This document shows, piece after piece, positions 14,320-28,203 of a stretch of 64,000 nucleotides of DNA; the stretch's first letter is position 1; each line of letters begins with the position of its first letter. The stretch is from the human T2T-CHM13v2.0 reference genome, Homo sapiens. The position numbers were made by a program, and so were the translations under genes. The stretch lies in the NCBI RefSeq assembly GCF_009914755.1, contig NC_060929.1, one strand, 5' to 3'. The notes below the pieces were generated by a model. That model was not told the origin of the DNA, ran no database searches, and saw only the letters and a list, made by a program, of their open reading frames with translations.

Positions 14320-15110
14320 AGCTAGCCAAACTGTTGCACACTCTCTCCCTGAGCAGGAAAGGCTCTCAAGCCTCCAAGCAACTGACATGCTCTTGGGCTG
14401 ATGGAGTGGCTACATGCCTCTGCCCAGAGCCTGGGAAACGTTCCCACAGTGCCCAATCCCCTGCAGAGAAGCCCCTGGCCTGCCCATTGCCCCATGGCCA
14501 CAATGGTAATCCAAGAAACAGCTCCATGGGCTGCCCCTGGAAGACACACCCCCAGGCCAACTAAGCAGCCCAGGACCCACATCCCAGGCCTTAGAAACAG
14601 CCCCATAAGCCACCTATGGTGGGCACACCTCCAGGCCAACCAAGCAGCTGTGTGCCTGTGTCTCAGACCTGAGAAGCAGCCCCACAAGCCACCACCATGA
14701 GACATGCCCTCAGGCCAATAAGCAGCCATGCACCTGCATCTTGAGCTTGGGAAGCAGCCGTGTGGGCCATCACCAGCAGACATGTCTCCAGGCTAGACAA
14801 GAAGCCATGCGAACACATCCTGCACCTAAGAAATAGCCACATGGTCCGTCCCTGGCAAACAAGTCCTTAAGCCACCTGAGCAGCTATGTGCCCATGCCCC
14901 AGGACTGAGAAATTTCCCTGTTGGCTGCTCCTGCCAGGCACACCTCTATGCTGGCTGAGCAATGGCGTGCACCTGCTCCTGGCTAAAGTAACAGCTCTAT
15001 AACCCCTAACCCCAGCCCCAAGTTGGCTGACCCACTGTATGCATGCACACACCTCTGACATAAGAAATAGCCCAACAAGCCGCCCCCTCACCCCCGGCAA
15101 AGCCACACCA
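14320..15110 (+). repeat. Degenerate ~79-bp tandem array within the L1 5' UTR
   Basis: Unit starts GCAGCC/GCAGCT/GAAGCC/GCAATG at 14565, 14644, 14722, 14801, 14880 and 14959; each unit has a central AGAAACAGCCC-like and a terminal CCAGGCCAAC-like motif. Confidence 0.85.
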
Positions 15111-15717
15111 CCCTCACCACAAACTGTCTCATCCTAGGCTACTGGGATACTTGAAAAACTTAACTAGTATGGATTACAGCTAAGAAAACTACATGGAGAC
15201 TACACTAGTGCATCCAGCTAGAACTAAAGCCAATGCATCCAACCAAACCAACACCCTAAGGCCCATTTATATGCCTAAATCTTTCCCTACAAAATCAACT
15301 CCATAAAATTGGAAGAGGTGACTCTTTCACCAGATGCGTAGAAACCAACGTAGGGAAACATCAAACATGAAAAAGCAAGGAATCATGGCATCTCCAAAGG
15401 AACACAATAGTTCTCCAGTATTATTCAGGGTTATTATAGACAGGAGAGGACATACTCTCCTCACATACTCACTGAATTTCCTTAAGGTTATTAGTTTTGC
15501 ATTATTTTTCTGGCTTTTCATATAACTCTTTATGATTAGGTAACAAGAACCACCATCATGAAAGCATGCAAAACTATAAAACTCATTGATTGAACCAAAG
15601 GAGAAAGAGTTAAGGAATCAAACCTTATCGCTACAGAAAACTACTCAACCACAAAAATAATCAGAAGGAAAGAGAGGAACAAAGGATATACAAAACAACC
15701 ATAAAACAATCAGTAAA

Positions 15718-18700
15718 ATGACAGGTGTATGTTCTCCCCTGACAACAATAACCCTAAATGAGCATGGATCAAATTCCCCCTTTAAAAGATATAGACTGGC
15801 TGAATGGACTCAAAAAAAAAAAAAAAAAAGCAAGGGCCAACTACATGCTGCTGGCAAGAAACTCACCTCACCTGTGGCTGAAAGTGAAGGGATGGAAAAA
15901 GGTATTCCATGCAAACAGAAACCAAAAGTAAGCATGAATAGCTATAATGATGTCAGATAAAACAGACTTCAGGTCAAAAACTGTAAATAGAAACAAGGAA
16001 GGAAATTATACAATAATAAGGGGATTAATTCAGCAAGAGAATATAACTATTCTCTTAATATATATGTACCCAACACTGGAGCATCCAGATATATAAAGCA
16101 AATAATTAGATCTAAAGGGAGAGATAGAGCCAATACAATAATAGTTGGGTACTTCAATACCTCACTCTCAACATTGGATAGATCATCTAGACCAAAAATC
16201 AACAAAGAAGTATTAGATTTAAGCTGCACCATAGACCAAATGGACCTAACAGACATTTACAGAACATTTCACCCAACAGTGGCAGAATATACATTCTTTT
16301 GGTTAGCAAATGTAACACTCTCCAGTATTGACCATATATTAGGACAGAGAACAAGTCTCAAACATTTTTAAAAATCAAAATCATACTGAGTATCTTAGCT
16401 GATTACAATGAAATAAAACTAGAAATCAATAACAAGATTAACCTTGAAACTATACACACACATGGAAATTAACGTTCTCCTGAATGACCAATATGTAAAG
16501 GAAGAAATTAAGAATGAAATTTAAAAAATTTTTGAAACAAATGAAAATAGAAACACAATATACATGTAGGACACAGCAAAAGCAATATTAAGAGACAAGT
16601 TCACAGCAACAAATGCCTGTGTCAAAAAACTAGAAAGACACAACCTAACAAACAGCCTAATGATGCACCTCAAGGAACTAGAAAATACAAGCCAAACCTA
16701 AAATTAGTAGAAGAAAAGAAATAATAAAGGTCAGAGTAGAAATAAATAAAATTGAGACTAAAAAAATTACAAAATATCAATGAAATTAAAAATTGTCCTT
16801 TGAAAAGAGAAAATTGACAACCCAATAGCTAGACTAATTAAGAAAAAAAGAGTGAATACCCAAATAAATAAAATCAGAAGTCAGAAGTGAGGTATCACAA
16901 TAGATACCACAGAAATACAAAGGATTATTATTGATCACTATGAACAATTACACATCAATAAATTTGAAATTCTAGAAGAAAGGAACAAAATTCTGGACAC
17001 ATACAATTTACCAAGATTGAACTAAGAAGAAACAGACAGCCTGAACAGATCAATGACAAGTAATGAGACTGAATCAGTAATAAAAAAAAATCTCTAAACA
17101 GTGAAAAGTCCAGTACCCAGATTCACTGCTGAATTCTACCAAACCTTTAAAGAAGAATTAATAACAATTCTTCTCACTTATTTTAAAAACTGAAGTGGAG
17201 AAATTCTTCCTAACTCATTTTACAAGGTCTACATGACCTGATACCAAAACCAGACAAGGAAGGACACAACAAAAAACTACAGGTCAATATCTGTGATAAA
17301 CATAGATGTAAAAATTCTCAACAAAATACTAGCAAATCAAATGCAACAACACATCAGAAAGATAATATGCAATGATCAAGTGAGATTTATCTCAGGAATG
17401 CAAGGACAGTTCAACATATGTAAATTAATAAATATCATACATCACATCAACTGTATGAAGTACAAAAACCATATGATAATCAATAGATTCAGAAAAAGCA
17501 TTTGATAAAATGCAACATCCCTTCCTGATAAAAACTCTCAATAAATTAGGTATAGAAGGAAAGTAATTCAACACAATAAAAACTATATATGACAAACCCA
17601 CAACTAACATCATACTAAATGAGGGGAAGCTAAAAGCTTTTCCTCTAAGAACTGAAATGGGACTAATATGCCCACTTTCACCCGTCTTATTCAACACAGT
17701 ACTGGAAATCCTGGCCAGAGCAATCAAGCAAGAGAAAAAAAATAAAAGGCATTCAAACTGGTAAAGAAGAAAGTCAAATTTTCCCTGTTTGTAGATGATA
17801 TGATCTCATACACAGAAAGAAATCTAAAGACTCACCAAAAAACACTTAGAACTAATCAACAAATCCAGCAAATTCGCAGGATTAAAAATCAATGTACAAA
17901 ATTAGTGTTTCTACACACAAAGAACAAGCTGAAAAAGAAATTGAGAAGGCAATCTCACTTACAATAGCTACAAACAAACACACAAACAAAACCCTGGGAA
18001 TAAATGTAACCAAGGAGGTGAAAGCCCTCTATAAGGAAAACTACAACACTGATGAAAGAAATTGAAGAGGATACAAACAAATAGAAAAAAATCCCATGCT
18101 CATGGATCAAAAAATTTATTATTGTTAAAATCATCATATGATCTAAAATAATCTACAGATTCAATGCAATGCTTATCAAAGTACCATACCAATGATATTA
18201 TTCACAGAAATAGAAAAAAATCCTAAAATTCACAGGGAACCACAAGAGATCCTGAATAGCCAAAACAATGCTGAGCAAAAAGAATGAAGCTGAAGCATTA
18301 CTCTACCAGACTTCAAAAAATATTACAAAGCTGTAGTAATCAAAACAGCATGACATTGGCATAAAAATCCACATAGACCAGTGGAACAGAATGAAGAACT
18401 CAGAAACTAATCCATATACCTACAGCCAATTGATTTTTTTTAAATAAAGATACCAGGAACTTGCACTGGGGAAAGGACAATCTCTTCAATAAATGGGTGC
18501 TGGGAAAACTTGATATCCATATGCAGAAGAATGAAACTATATCCCCACCTGTCACCCTATACAAAAATCAGTTCAAAATGAACCAAAGACCTAAATACAA
18601 GAAACAATAACTACTAGAAGAAAACATAGGGGAAAGGACATTGGCCTGGGAGAAGATATTCTGAAAAAGACCTCAAAAGCACAGGCAACAAAAGCCAAAA

Positions 18701-19497
18701 TAAACAAATGCGATTATATAAAACTAAAAAGCTTCTGGGCAGCAAAGAAAAGAATCAACAGAGTGAAAAGAAAACCTACAGAATGGGAGAAAATATTTGC
18801 AAACTATTCTCCCACTGGGGATTAATATCAAAAATATTCAAGGAACTTGAACATCTCAATGGCAAAAAAATAAGCAATCTGATTTAAAACTGGGCAAATG
18901 ATCTGAACAGACATTTCTCAAAAGAAGACATACAGATGTCCAACAAATAAATTTTTAAATGCTCAACATCACTAATCATAAGGGAAATGCAAATCAAAAC
19001 TACAATGACTTCATCTCACCCCAATTAGAATAGCTATTATCAAAAAGACAAAAAAAATGCTGGTGAGGATATGGAGAAAAGGGAACTCTTATACACTGTT
19101 GATGGGAAAGTAAAATAGCACAGCCACTCTGGAGAACAGTATGGAGGCTCCTCAAAAACTACAAATAGAACTACCATGTGATCCAGCAATCCCTCTACTG
19201 GGCATTTATCCAAAGGAAAGGAAATCAGTATATTGAAGAGACATCTGCACATTCATGTTTATTACAGCACTATTCACAATAGACAAGATATAGAATCAAC
19301 CTAAGTGTCCAACAACGGATGAATGGATAAAGGAAATGTGACATATATACACAGTGAAATACTATTCAGCCATAAAAAAGAATGAGATCCTGTCATTTGT
19401 GGCAACATGGATGTAAGTAGAGAACATTATGTTAAGTGAAATAATCCAGGAACAGAAAGTTAAACACCACATGTTTTCAGTCATATGTGGAAGCTAA
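15718..19497 (+). pseudogene. L1 ORF2 (endonuclease/reverse transcriptase) relic with many stops and frameshifts
   Basis: N-terminus MTGVCSPLTTITLNEHGSNSPFKRYRLAEW; DLTDIYRTFHP; RT motif LFVDDMI at 17785-17805 (FADD in active L1); ends ...ATATGTGGAAGCTAA. Confidence 0.93.
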
Positions 19498-20025
19498 AAA
19501 AAGGTTGATCTCATAGAAGTAAAAAGTAGAACACTGGATACAAGAGGATGGAAAGGGTTGGGGGAGGGAAGGGATAGGAAGAGATTTGTCACAGGACATG
19601 AAATTACAGCTACATAGGAGGAATAAGTTTTAATATTCTTTACTTATAAGTTCACTGTAGGATGACTGTAGTTAACAATAATACATAGTTTCAAATAGCT
19701 AGAAGGAGACTTTTATAATGTTCCCATCTCAAAGAAATGATTAATATTTGAGATGATGGATACGCTAATTACCCTGATCTGATCACTATAGATGATACGT
19801 ATTGCAATAACAGTATGTACCCCATAAATACGTACAATTACTAGGTATCAGCTTTAAAAATTAAAAATATAAAACAACTTTATGTTTAAAAAAATTAACC
19901 ATCGCAATTGCTAGATCCTAGAGCAGACCCAACACACCAACATTAACCCAAATGTTTTCAACTCCAGCACTCTTTCAAAATTCCCTGAGTCAAAATGGTA
20001 TGTTGTAGCACATTTTAAAATTTTA

Positions 20026-20762
<737 letters not shown>

Positions 20763-20908
20763 TCTTTTGCATTCTTAAAAATTAAAAATGCAAAAAAGTT
20801 TTTGTTTATATGGGTTATATCTCTAGATACTATGCTTTAGATAAATATATATAATATTGGAAATGAAAAATGAGATATTTTAAAAATATTTATTTAATAA
20901 TTTATTTT

Positions 20909-21192
20909 ATTTTATTTTACTTTATTTTAAGACAGTCTCACTCTGTCAACCAGGCTGGAGTGCAGTGGCGTGATTCTGGCTCACTGCAACCTCCGCCTCC
21001 TCGTGCCTCAGCCTCCTGGGTAGCTGGGATTACAGACCTGCACCACCAAGCTCAGCTAATTTTTGTATTTTTAGTAGAGAAGGGGTTTTGCCATGTTGGT
21101 TAGGCTGGTTTTGAACTCCTGACATCAAGTGATCCTCCCGCCCCGGTCTCCCAAAATGCTGGGATTACAAGCACAAGCCACCGCGCCCAGCC
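20909..21192 (-). mobile_element. Alu (AluS-type) with a small right-arm deletion
   Basis: (TTTTA)n tail; TSD TAA(T/G)AATTTATTTT; the GGGTTCAAGCGATTC segment is missing near 21000. Confidence 0.95.
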
Positions 21193-21514
21193 TAAGAATT
21201 TATTTTAAAATAAGAATGAGAACAAATGGTAGCACAAATAATATATGCAAAATAAACGTTTTCCAAAACAAAAATAATTGGTTATGTGTATCATTTTTCT
21301 GTAAATCTTTTTAATGCTACCTTAATAGAATATGGTAGGATTCTCATATCTGCTTCTGCATTTAATAGGTTATGCTCTGTTGTTTTGGTTAAAGTATATA
21401 AAGAAATCCAGTGTTACATATATCAAGTTGGAAAAGAGAAGATTTGTCCTGGACTCTTTGGACCACATTTTGAGAATCACTGGTTTCATAGAAATACCTC
21501 CTTCTGTGAGTCAC

Positions 21515-21800
21515 GGCCCTAGGTTTTGGTCTCTGCTGTCAGTAACCATTTGTGCCACTTTGGGCAAGTCACTAAAGTATTCTGGATTGCAGATTCCTCA
21601 TTGAAACAAACAAAATAATTAACATTGTTGGATACCTACTAAGTGCCAGGCACAAGTGCATAAATTATTTAATTGAATCTTCATAACAAGCAGTTGTGTA
21701 GTGGGTAAATATTAACCTGGGAGGAACTGGTTCAAGATGCTAACATGGATGCGACTGATATTGCAGAATGGGACATGGAGCCCCGGAATGACACTCACCA
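21515..21800. mobile_element. Two MIR fragments in opposite orientation
   Basis: TTTGGGCAAGTCACT...TTCCTCAT (+), then ACCTACTAAGTGCCAGGCAC...AATCTTCATAACAA (-). Confidence 0.65.
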
Positions 21801-21832
21801 GTTTAATAGCCATACTCTGATTACTTCTTTCT

Positions 21833-22286
<454 letters not shown>

Positions 22287-22611
22287 TAAATCACTGGTTT
22301 CTATTTCCACCTCTCCTATTCCTCCACTCCAGGACACATGGGAGGGATGAGGGAAAGAGCTGGTATCTGGGAGATAAAGGTAGGTAAAGAGGGGAAGTGA
22401 TGCACCAGAAGATGAGGAACCCAGGCTGAATTGGAATATTGGTGGATGGAAGTGATGTTGGATACATGGAAGTGAAATGGGACTGCACTGTGAAGGGCGG
22501 CACATCATGAGGAGCCTCCCAGCCGCCTGGAACCCACCTGACTATTAGGGCTGGTCATGCCCATGAAGATTAGGGTTTTGGGTTAGGGTTAGCTTGCTGG
22601 CCCAAGGAAAC

Positions 22612-22740
22612 CTTGATTTGTAGCCTTTGCCAATTTCCAGGATACAAATACCTCCACCATGGCTATCTTTAAGTTACCAACATCTGAACAAGCTGGGAAG
22701 AGATGCACACGAGTGGCTTTCAAGAGCCAGTGCCAGAGTA
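22612..22740. mobile_element. MER63-like (hAT-Blackjack) fragment
   Basis: GATTTGTAGCCTTTGCCAATTTCC...CCACCATGGC...GGGAAGAGATGCAC. Confidence 0.7.
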
Positions 22741-23204
22741 AGCCTCTTCTTTACACAGCAGAAGGAAGAAATTAAGGCCTAAAGAGATGAAAAAACTTGT
22801 CTGAGAACATACATGCTTTCTAAAGGATGGAGTTCCCATTGTTTGGGAGGATTAAATGAAATAATCAGGTAAAAGGGCAATGCCTCTCACAAACCAGGTG
22901 CTCCATAAATGCTAGCTTTATTATCATTGTTATTATTGCCTTTTGCCACTATACCTAGGGTGCCTTTCAGCTCTAACTTTATACAAGGTGAATTTCTAGG
23001 AAGTGGCTTATTTAGAAGTGCATGGGTGTATAGTGTGCTATAAAAATATATAATCTGTTTCTAAAGCCGTTATTTTACATCAGTATCCCAGAGTTGGAGA
23101 GATTATGCCCTTCTGCATTTATGTCTTAATTGATCTAATCATTCCCGTGAGACTTTCTGAATGAAGCTGACTAAAAAATAATGTAATTGTTCAAAGAAAC
23201 TTAG

Positions 23205-23690
23205 GAGGCCTTTGACTAGCAATTCTTCTTCTAGGAATCTATTCCATTAAGATATTCTGTTTAGTCAGTAATACCAGTGATAGCAAAAATTTGGAAACAC
23301 CCAAAAGTACACCAATTAAAAATTGTTATATAGATTTTGTACATCTATAAAATAGAATATTATGTAGCTATTTAAAAGAACAAGGCACTTGTCTATACAT
23401 ACTGACATTGAACTATCAAAGTAAATCTGATTATTTTTAGGATAAACTCAGTCACATTAAAAAAAAAAAACAAGAAAAAATCCATGTATAAATTCACTGT
23501 ATATAAACAATAGAAAAAGGTCCAGACAGCTTATGACTGTGTACAAACTATGAATGGTAGTTTATCTGGAGGGAAGAAATAAAATGGGAATGAAGGTGAT
23601 AAGCAATTTTTATTTTTAACTGTATATCTATTTTATTTTTTTACAGTGAGCCTGTAATTGTGCATTCCTTGTCTAATTTTAAATAAAACA
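23205..23690 (+). mobile_element. Ancient L1 (L1ME-type) 3' fragment
   Basis: CTTTGACTAGCAATTCTTCTTCTAGGAATCTA...AGAATATTATGTAGCTATTTAAAAGAA. Confidence 0.7.
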
Positions 23691-24509
23691 CTTTTTAAAG
23701 AGATTCCAGGATGTGATTAGATATATAGTTATATAGCCTTAACATACATGATTCAAGGTTTTCAATAGCAGACTTTGGAAGGGGTTAGAAAGTCTCAGAA
23801 AAAGAAAGAGATTGAAAGAAGAAAAGACCATATATTGACGTAGTGTCTCCTCTGCCAGGTCTCTTAGCAGTTCTCTTTTCAAATAATTTTTCTCCAATGG
23901 CTAAACTTGAGTTATTGAGCAGAAATTGTCCTTTATTCTATGGCTAATTGGAAGGACCAGTAGCTCTTTGAGTGGACTATATTAAAATTAACCTTGAATC
24001 CCATATATAAGCCAAGGCTCAGGTCTTAGTTTGTCAATACTTACTGAGCCACTTAGCTCAACTGGTGAAATCTGGGGTCAGCACGAAGCAAATTTCAAAT
24101 TGTTAACCTCTTATTTTTCAGGGTTGTATTTGTATGTGTATGCATGTGTGTGTATACGTATGAGCTTGTGCATTATATGTATGAGCTTGTGCATATGTTG
24201 GAATAAGGGAGCTTCTGGTGACTTGGGCCAAGTAAGAAAGAACAAAAAAGGCACCGCTCTAAGATTGTTTTTTCACATCTTCTACAAAGTAATGATTAAC
24301 TTGAGCTGACAAATTATTATTTTAAGGCTAAGAGTCATCAATACCTTAGCATAGATTAATTTAGTTAGGCAATTGTTTTTCTTTTTTCCTGACAACTAAG
24401 ATGTAGGGGATAAGAAAACTAATCAGGGAGAAAGGGGAATAATTTGTAGTATGGGGCACCAAATTTTATGTGGGGAGGGATCTCTAGAGAAGCATGTGAG
24501 AAAAAGGCA

Positions 24510-24705
24510 AGCCTTTGAATCTGGGCTTGTCATTTGCCAAATTTTGCTTCCTAGGACAAATTTTTTAACCTCTCAGATGCTAAATTTTCTCAACCATAAA
24601 ATAGGGATTGCATAAATTGCAGGACTGTTGTAAAGACATATATGTAAAGGCACCCAGCATAGAGACTAGTACATAGTGACTGTGCAATAGATTGTGGTTA
24701 TAATT
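24510..24705 (+). mobile_element. MIR
   Basis: TTTAACCTCTCAG...CATAAAATAGGGAT...TATGTAAAGGCACCCAGCATAG. Confidence 0.7.
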
Positions 24706-27650
24706 TGGATAGCAAGAAAGGGTAGCCAAGAAGACTTGAAAGAAACTCTGTGAATTGAAATCCATTTAAATAAGTGTCAATAAATACATAACCTTTACTT
24801 TAAACACTTACGGTTTGGATGATCTCCTGGGTGTCAAAAGTTTGAGCCAGCCACTTTCTGGAAATGGGTTGCTTACTAATAGGCATATCAGGAGCTGAGG
24901 GATACAGGAAAGGATGTAGAAAGAAACCAAAGGGAAACATTATTCCACAGTGACAGAGGGGAGCTATGATACCTGTTTCTCAAATGTATTCCTGTGGGCA
25001 AGACGACAGAAGAGAATATGTGTGATGGCTCATCCCCATTCTCTTTAAACTCAGCAGACAACCCCGGTGGGCATGTTAGGAGAGTCAGTCCCCCATGCCA
25101 TCTTTCTCGAGCAAGAACCTGGTATGTTAATGCCAACTGTGCCTCACCCATAAATAGCAATGATGCTACAAATAATGAATTAGATGAGGGAGGCCAGTCC
25201 TCTGATGGAACTCTCAATTTAAATAGAGGGCATTTGCACTGAGAATGGAACTTGTGAAAGGCAGAGCCAACTGAAAGCAGGCAGGGAGATTAGTTTCTGT
25301 CATCAGTCATCGCTGACACTGGGCATTTCTGAGATTGTTGTGATGGTCAAGGAAAAAGCCTTAGAGGAGAAAATGAATCTTTTAGAAAGATGTGAGGTTG
25401 CTTAATCTGGAAGACAGAGGAGGGGTTTGAAGAAGGAGGAGAATAAGACTGGAGTGAAGGGAGAGAAAGGTTACTCGAAGAGGATTTTGAACTGACTGAA
25501 GCAAGGTGAGGAAGAAAAATGAGTTTGCAAAAGTTGAGATACAGCTTGACACTGGTAAGTGTGGTGGTGGTGATGCTGAGGACAATAATTACAAAGATTA
25601 TAAAGATTATAACATTAAGCTACCCTTACAGTTTATATATTACTTCCACATTTATTCTTTCACATAATTCTCCCTGTGATACCTTGGGAGGACAAAAGAT
25701 GGTAAACAAATCATCAGAATTCACTTGAAAAGCTGTCAATATCGTAAATGCAGAGTCAGATGCTATGTTTCTAAATTATTTCAGACTCATCACAACTTCA
25801 AATATGTTCTTAAGTGTCTGGCAAATCAAAGATTTTGCTATTAAACAAATTAACTATACTGCTTTTCTAGGACTATGGATTAACCATCACAAAAAGTGTC
25901 TTATCATCAGTCAGGTAGAACCTTCACATTCCACAGAGCAATGGTGAAAAATCCAACCCACTCAAAAATGGTCATTCAACGTCGGTAAACTTTCTGTACA
26001 CACTGAAAAATGTCCCCCTCTACTAAACATTATTGTAAAATACTTGAAAATCTAAATTGAAATAGTTTCTATAAGAGCAGATATAAAGGATTAAAATAAA
26101 AATGGCAAGGACAACTGCAAGCAAAAGCATTGCAGAGTCAGCAAATATTACATTTAACTCCACATTAATTCTCAGAAGGAATTTAACGCAATTTCCTTCA
26201 TTCTAACTCAAAAATTAATTTCTGTATACTGTCCTTGAGATTTGGATTGGGAATGAAAAAGAGAAAACTATTGAAAGTATGAAAATTTGACATGAATTAA
26301 TCAGCCAAGAGTTCAGACACTGGGGACTGAAGATTAAACTTTATAGTTTAGAAACCCAAGGGCAGTACTTTTTCTTATAAGTGTACCTCACATAAAAAAA
26401 AAAAAAAAAAACCTCTACTAATATGTATATTTCATTTACAACATTCAAGTGAGGAGGTAATTTTTATGGCATTCCAAAAAGAAGGTACAAAGAGATTAAA
26501 CAATTTATAGAAAAGTCAAGGAGGAGTCAACGCTAGAACAAGATGGCCCTAATCCCAGCATTATCAGTATTTTAGACACAAAGATAATCTCATTCCTCTA
26601 CCCATTCATGTTAAAGCCTATGGAGGATGAGACATTTGAGCCTTAAAGACTCAGAGAAAGAAAGTTGTCATTGTCCATGGGGTTTTGGCACTCAGAAAGA
26701 AACCTTGAAGGTCTTAGTCGTTGCTGTGTTATTCCAGGAGTGATGGTGGTTGCACAGCCCTATGATCATCTCCGTCCACTGCTGACAGCCTGTTGAAGCT
26801 ATCAGTCACTGCCTGAAAGAATTCAGTCCAGAAGATTAAAGTGTGAGGTTTGCATATAGGGTCATCTGCCCTGGTCTTCCCCAGGGAAGATGAACACAAG
26901 TACTCTATGGGGCTAACATTCAGTTTAGCCTACATGCCTCTGTGCAGTAAAGAGCTTAGTTTGTAAAAGTTGCCTAATCCAGATATATAGAGTATCTGTT
27001 CCTTTTCCAGAGAATAATCTAAAAAAAAGGGTGAGCAAATGAACCTATAGAATCTGCCAGCCTTCATCACGTTCAAGCCTAGTCAACTTATGAAACAGCC
27101 TAAAACACCACATGCTATGTTTAGGGACTGGATTCCATATCTCATAGAGTGAGTGAACTTTTCATTTTTGTCATACAAAATCAAGTTGGTGCACTTGATG
27201 TAAAGGGGAAGCCAGGGATAATTCACTCTGTGCTAGACTTTAAGGCCCTTGAGGACATAGTGATTTTGTTTCCCTCCACATCCCTCTAAGACTCTCATAT
27301 TGCTTGATCTGTGGAAGATAGTCTTTTTACGTGTTCAATCAACAATTATTAGCCACCTCCTGTGTGGGTAACCAGACTGGAAAATAAAGTATAAGATACA
27401 GTCTTTGCCAAAGAATTGGAAAAACTGAACTTACAGAAAACAGCTGAAAGCATGGGCAATGTATAACATGATACCAGGAAACTAAGTATGCACCTAAATT
27501 TTAAGGGAGGGTCAGCATTACTCTGAGACTGGAAACCTAAGACACAAATTGCTTGCTCTGCTCTTTGGAGCTTTCCAAATATTCCATTCCCTCATTCTTC
27601 CTATTAGTGGAAAACCCCAAATAAAACAGAATTCGTTCACACTTAAAGAT

Positions 27651-28190
27651 GTGATTTCCCACTTCCAGGAAGATAGAGTAGTGTACTTTCCCTATTCCTT
27701 TCACTAAGTACAACCAAAAACTCCAGACATTATGTATATAACAAACCTAAGAAACCTCTGAAAAGTGGCGAGAAGACTTTGGATTAAGTAGGGACCTCAT
27801 GACCCAAGGAACAATACGGTGGTGAGTGCCCTGATTTTCTTTTTATTCATTTTTCCCAGACTTGGAACTAAAGAAACCAGCAACCCAGAAACACCAATGG
27901 GCACAGACAAAAAATGTTCCAACGAAAGCCTGCTCTCTAGCCAAAGGACCAAGAAAAGGGCAATCAAGCACAGAGAACTTTTAGACAATAACTGCTCTAC
28001 TCCAGCCAAACACCAAAGAAAACACTGTGGCTCTGTCCACACCCACCAGCAAAGGCCAATAGGGACCCTACATTTCCAGCCTGATGAAGCTGTAATGAGG
28101 CACCCCCATACTTTTGTTGAGGTGGTGTCAGAAAAGGCAATGTGGGGAGCCAGGACTTTGATCCCCACTAACTGGTAACAAAACCTCGTG
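27651..28190 (+). mobile_element. L1MC-type 5' end (first ~540 nt of the 5' UTR)
   Basis: CCACTTCCAGGAAGATAGAGTAG...CTAAGTACAACCAAAAACTCCAGACATTAT...AAAGCCTGCTCTCTAGCCAAAGGACCA. Confidence 0.75.
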
Positions 28191-28203
28191 ATAGAGCCCT
28201 GTC

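Larger units (their letters stand above)
13601..19890 (+). mobile_element. L1MA (L1MA4/4A-like 3' UTR), both ends retained, ORF1 mostly deleted
   Basis: 5' CAAGATGGCTGACTAGA; ORF1 start MRRNQRRETSNMKKQG at 15336; ORF2 relic; 3' UTR GATGGATACGCTAATTACCCTGATCTGATCA; TSD AAAATTAACCATC(A/G)CA at 13585-13600 and 19891-19906. Confidence 0.93.

Noticed and set aside
14320-15110. CRISPR-like regular spacing
   Set aside because: Whole units are mutually similar and degenerate, with no identical repeats separated by unique spacers. The array is inside an L1 5' UTR in primate DNA, with no cas genes.
15718-19497. Active L1 ORF2
   Set aside because: It has many stops and frameshifts, an A18 expansion in the endonuclease region, and ORF1 is deleted.
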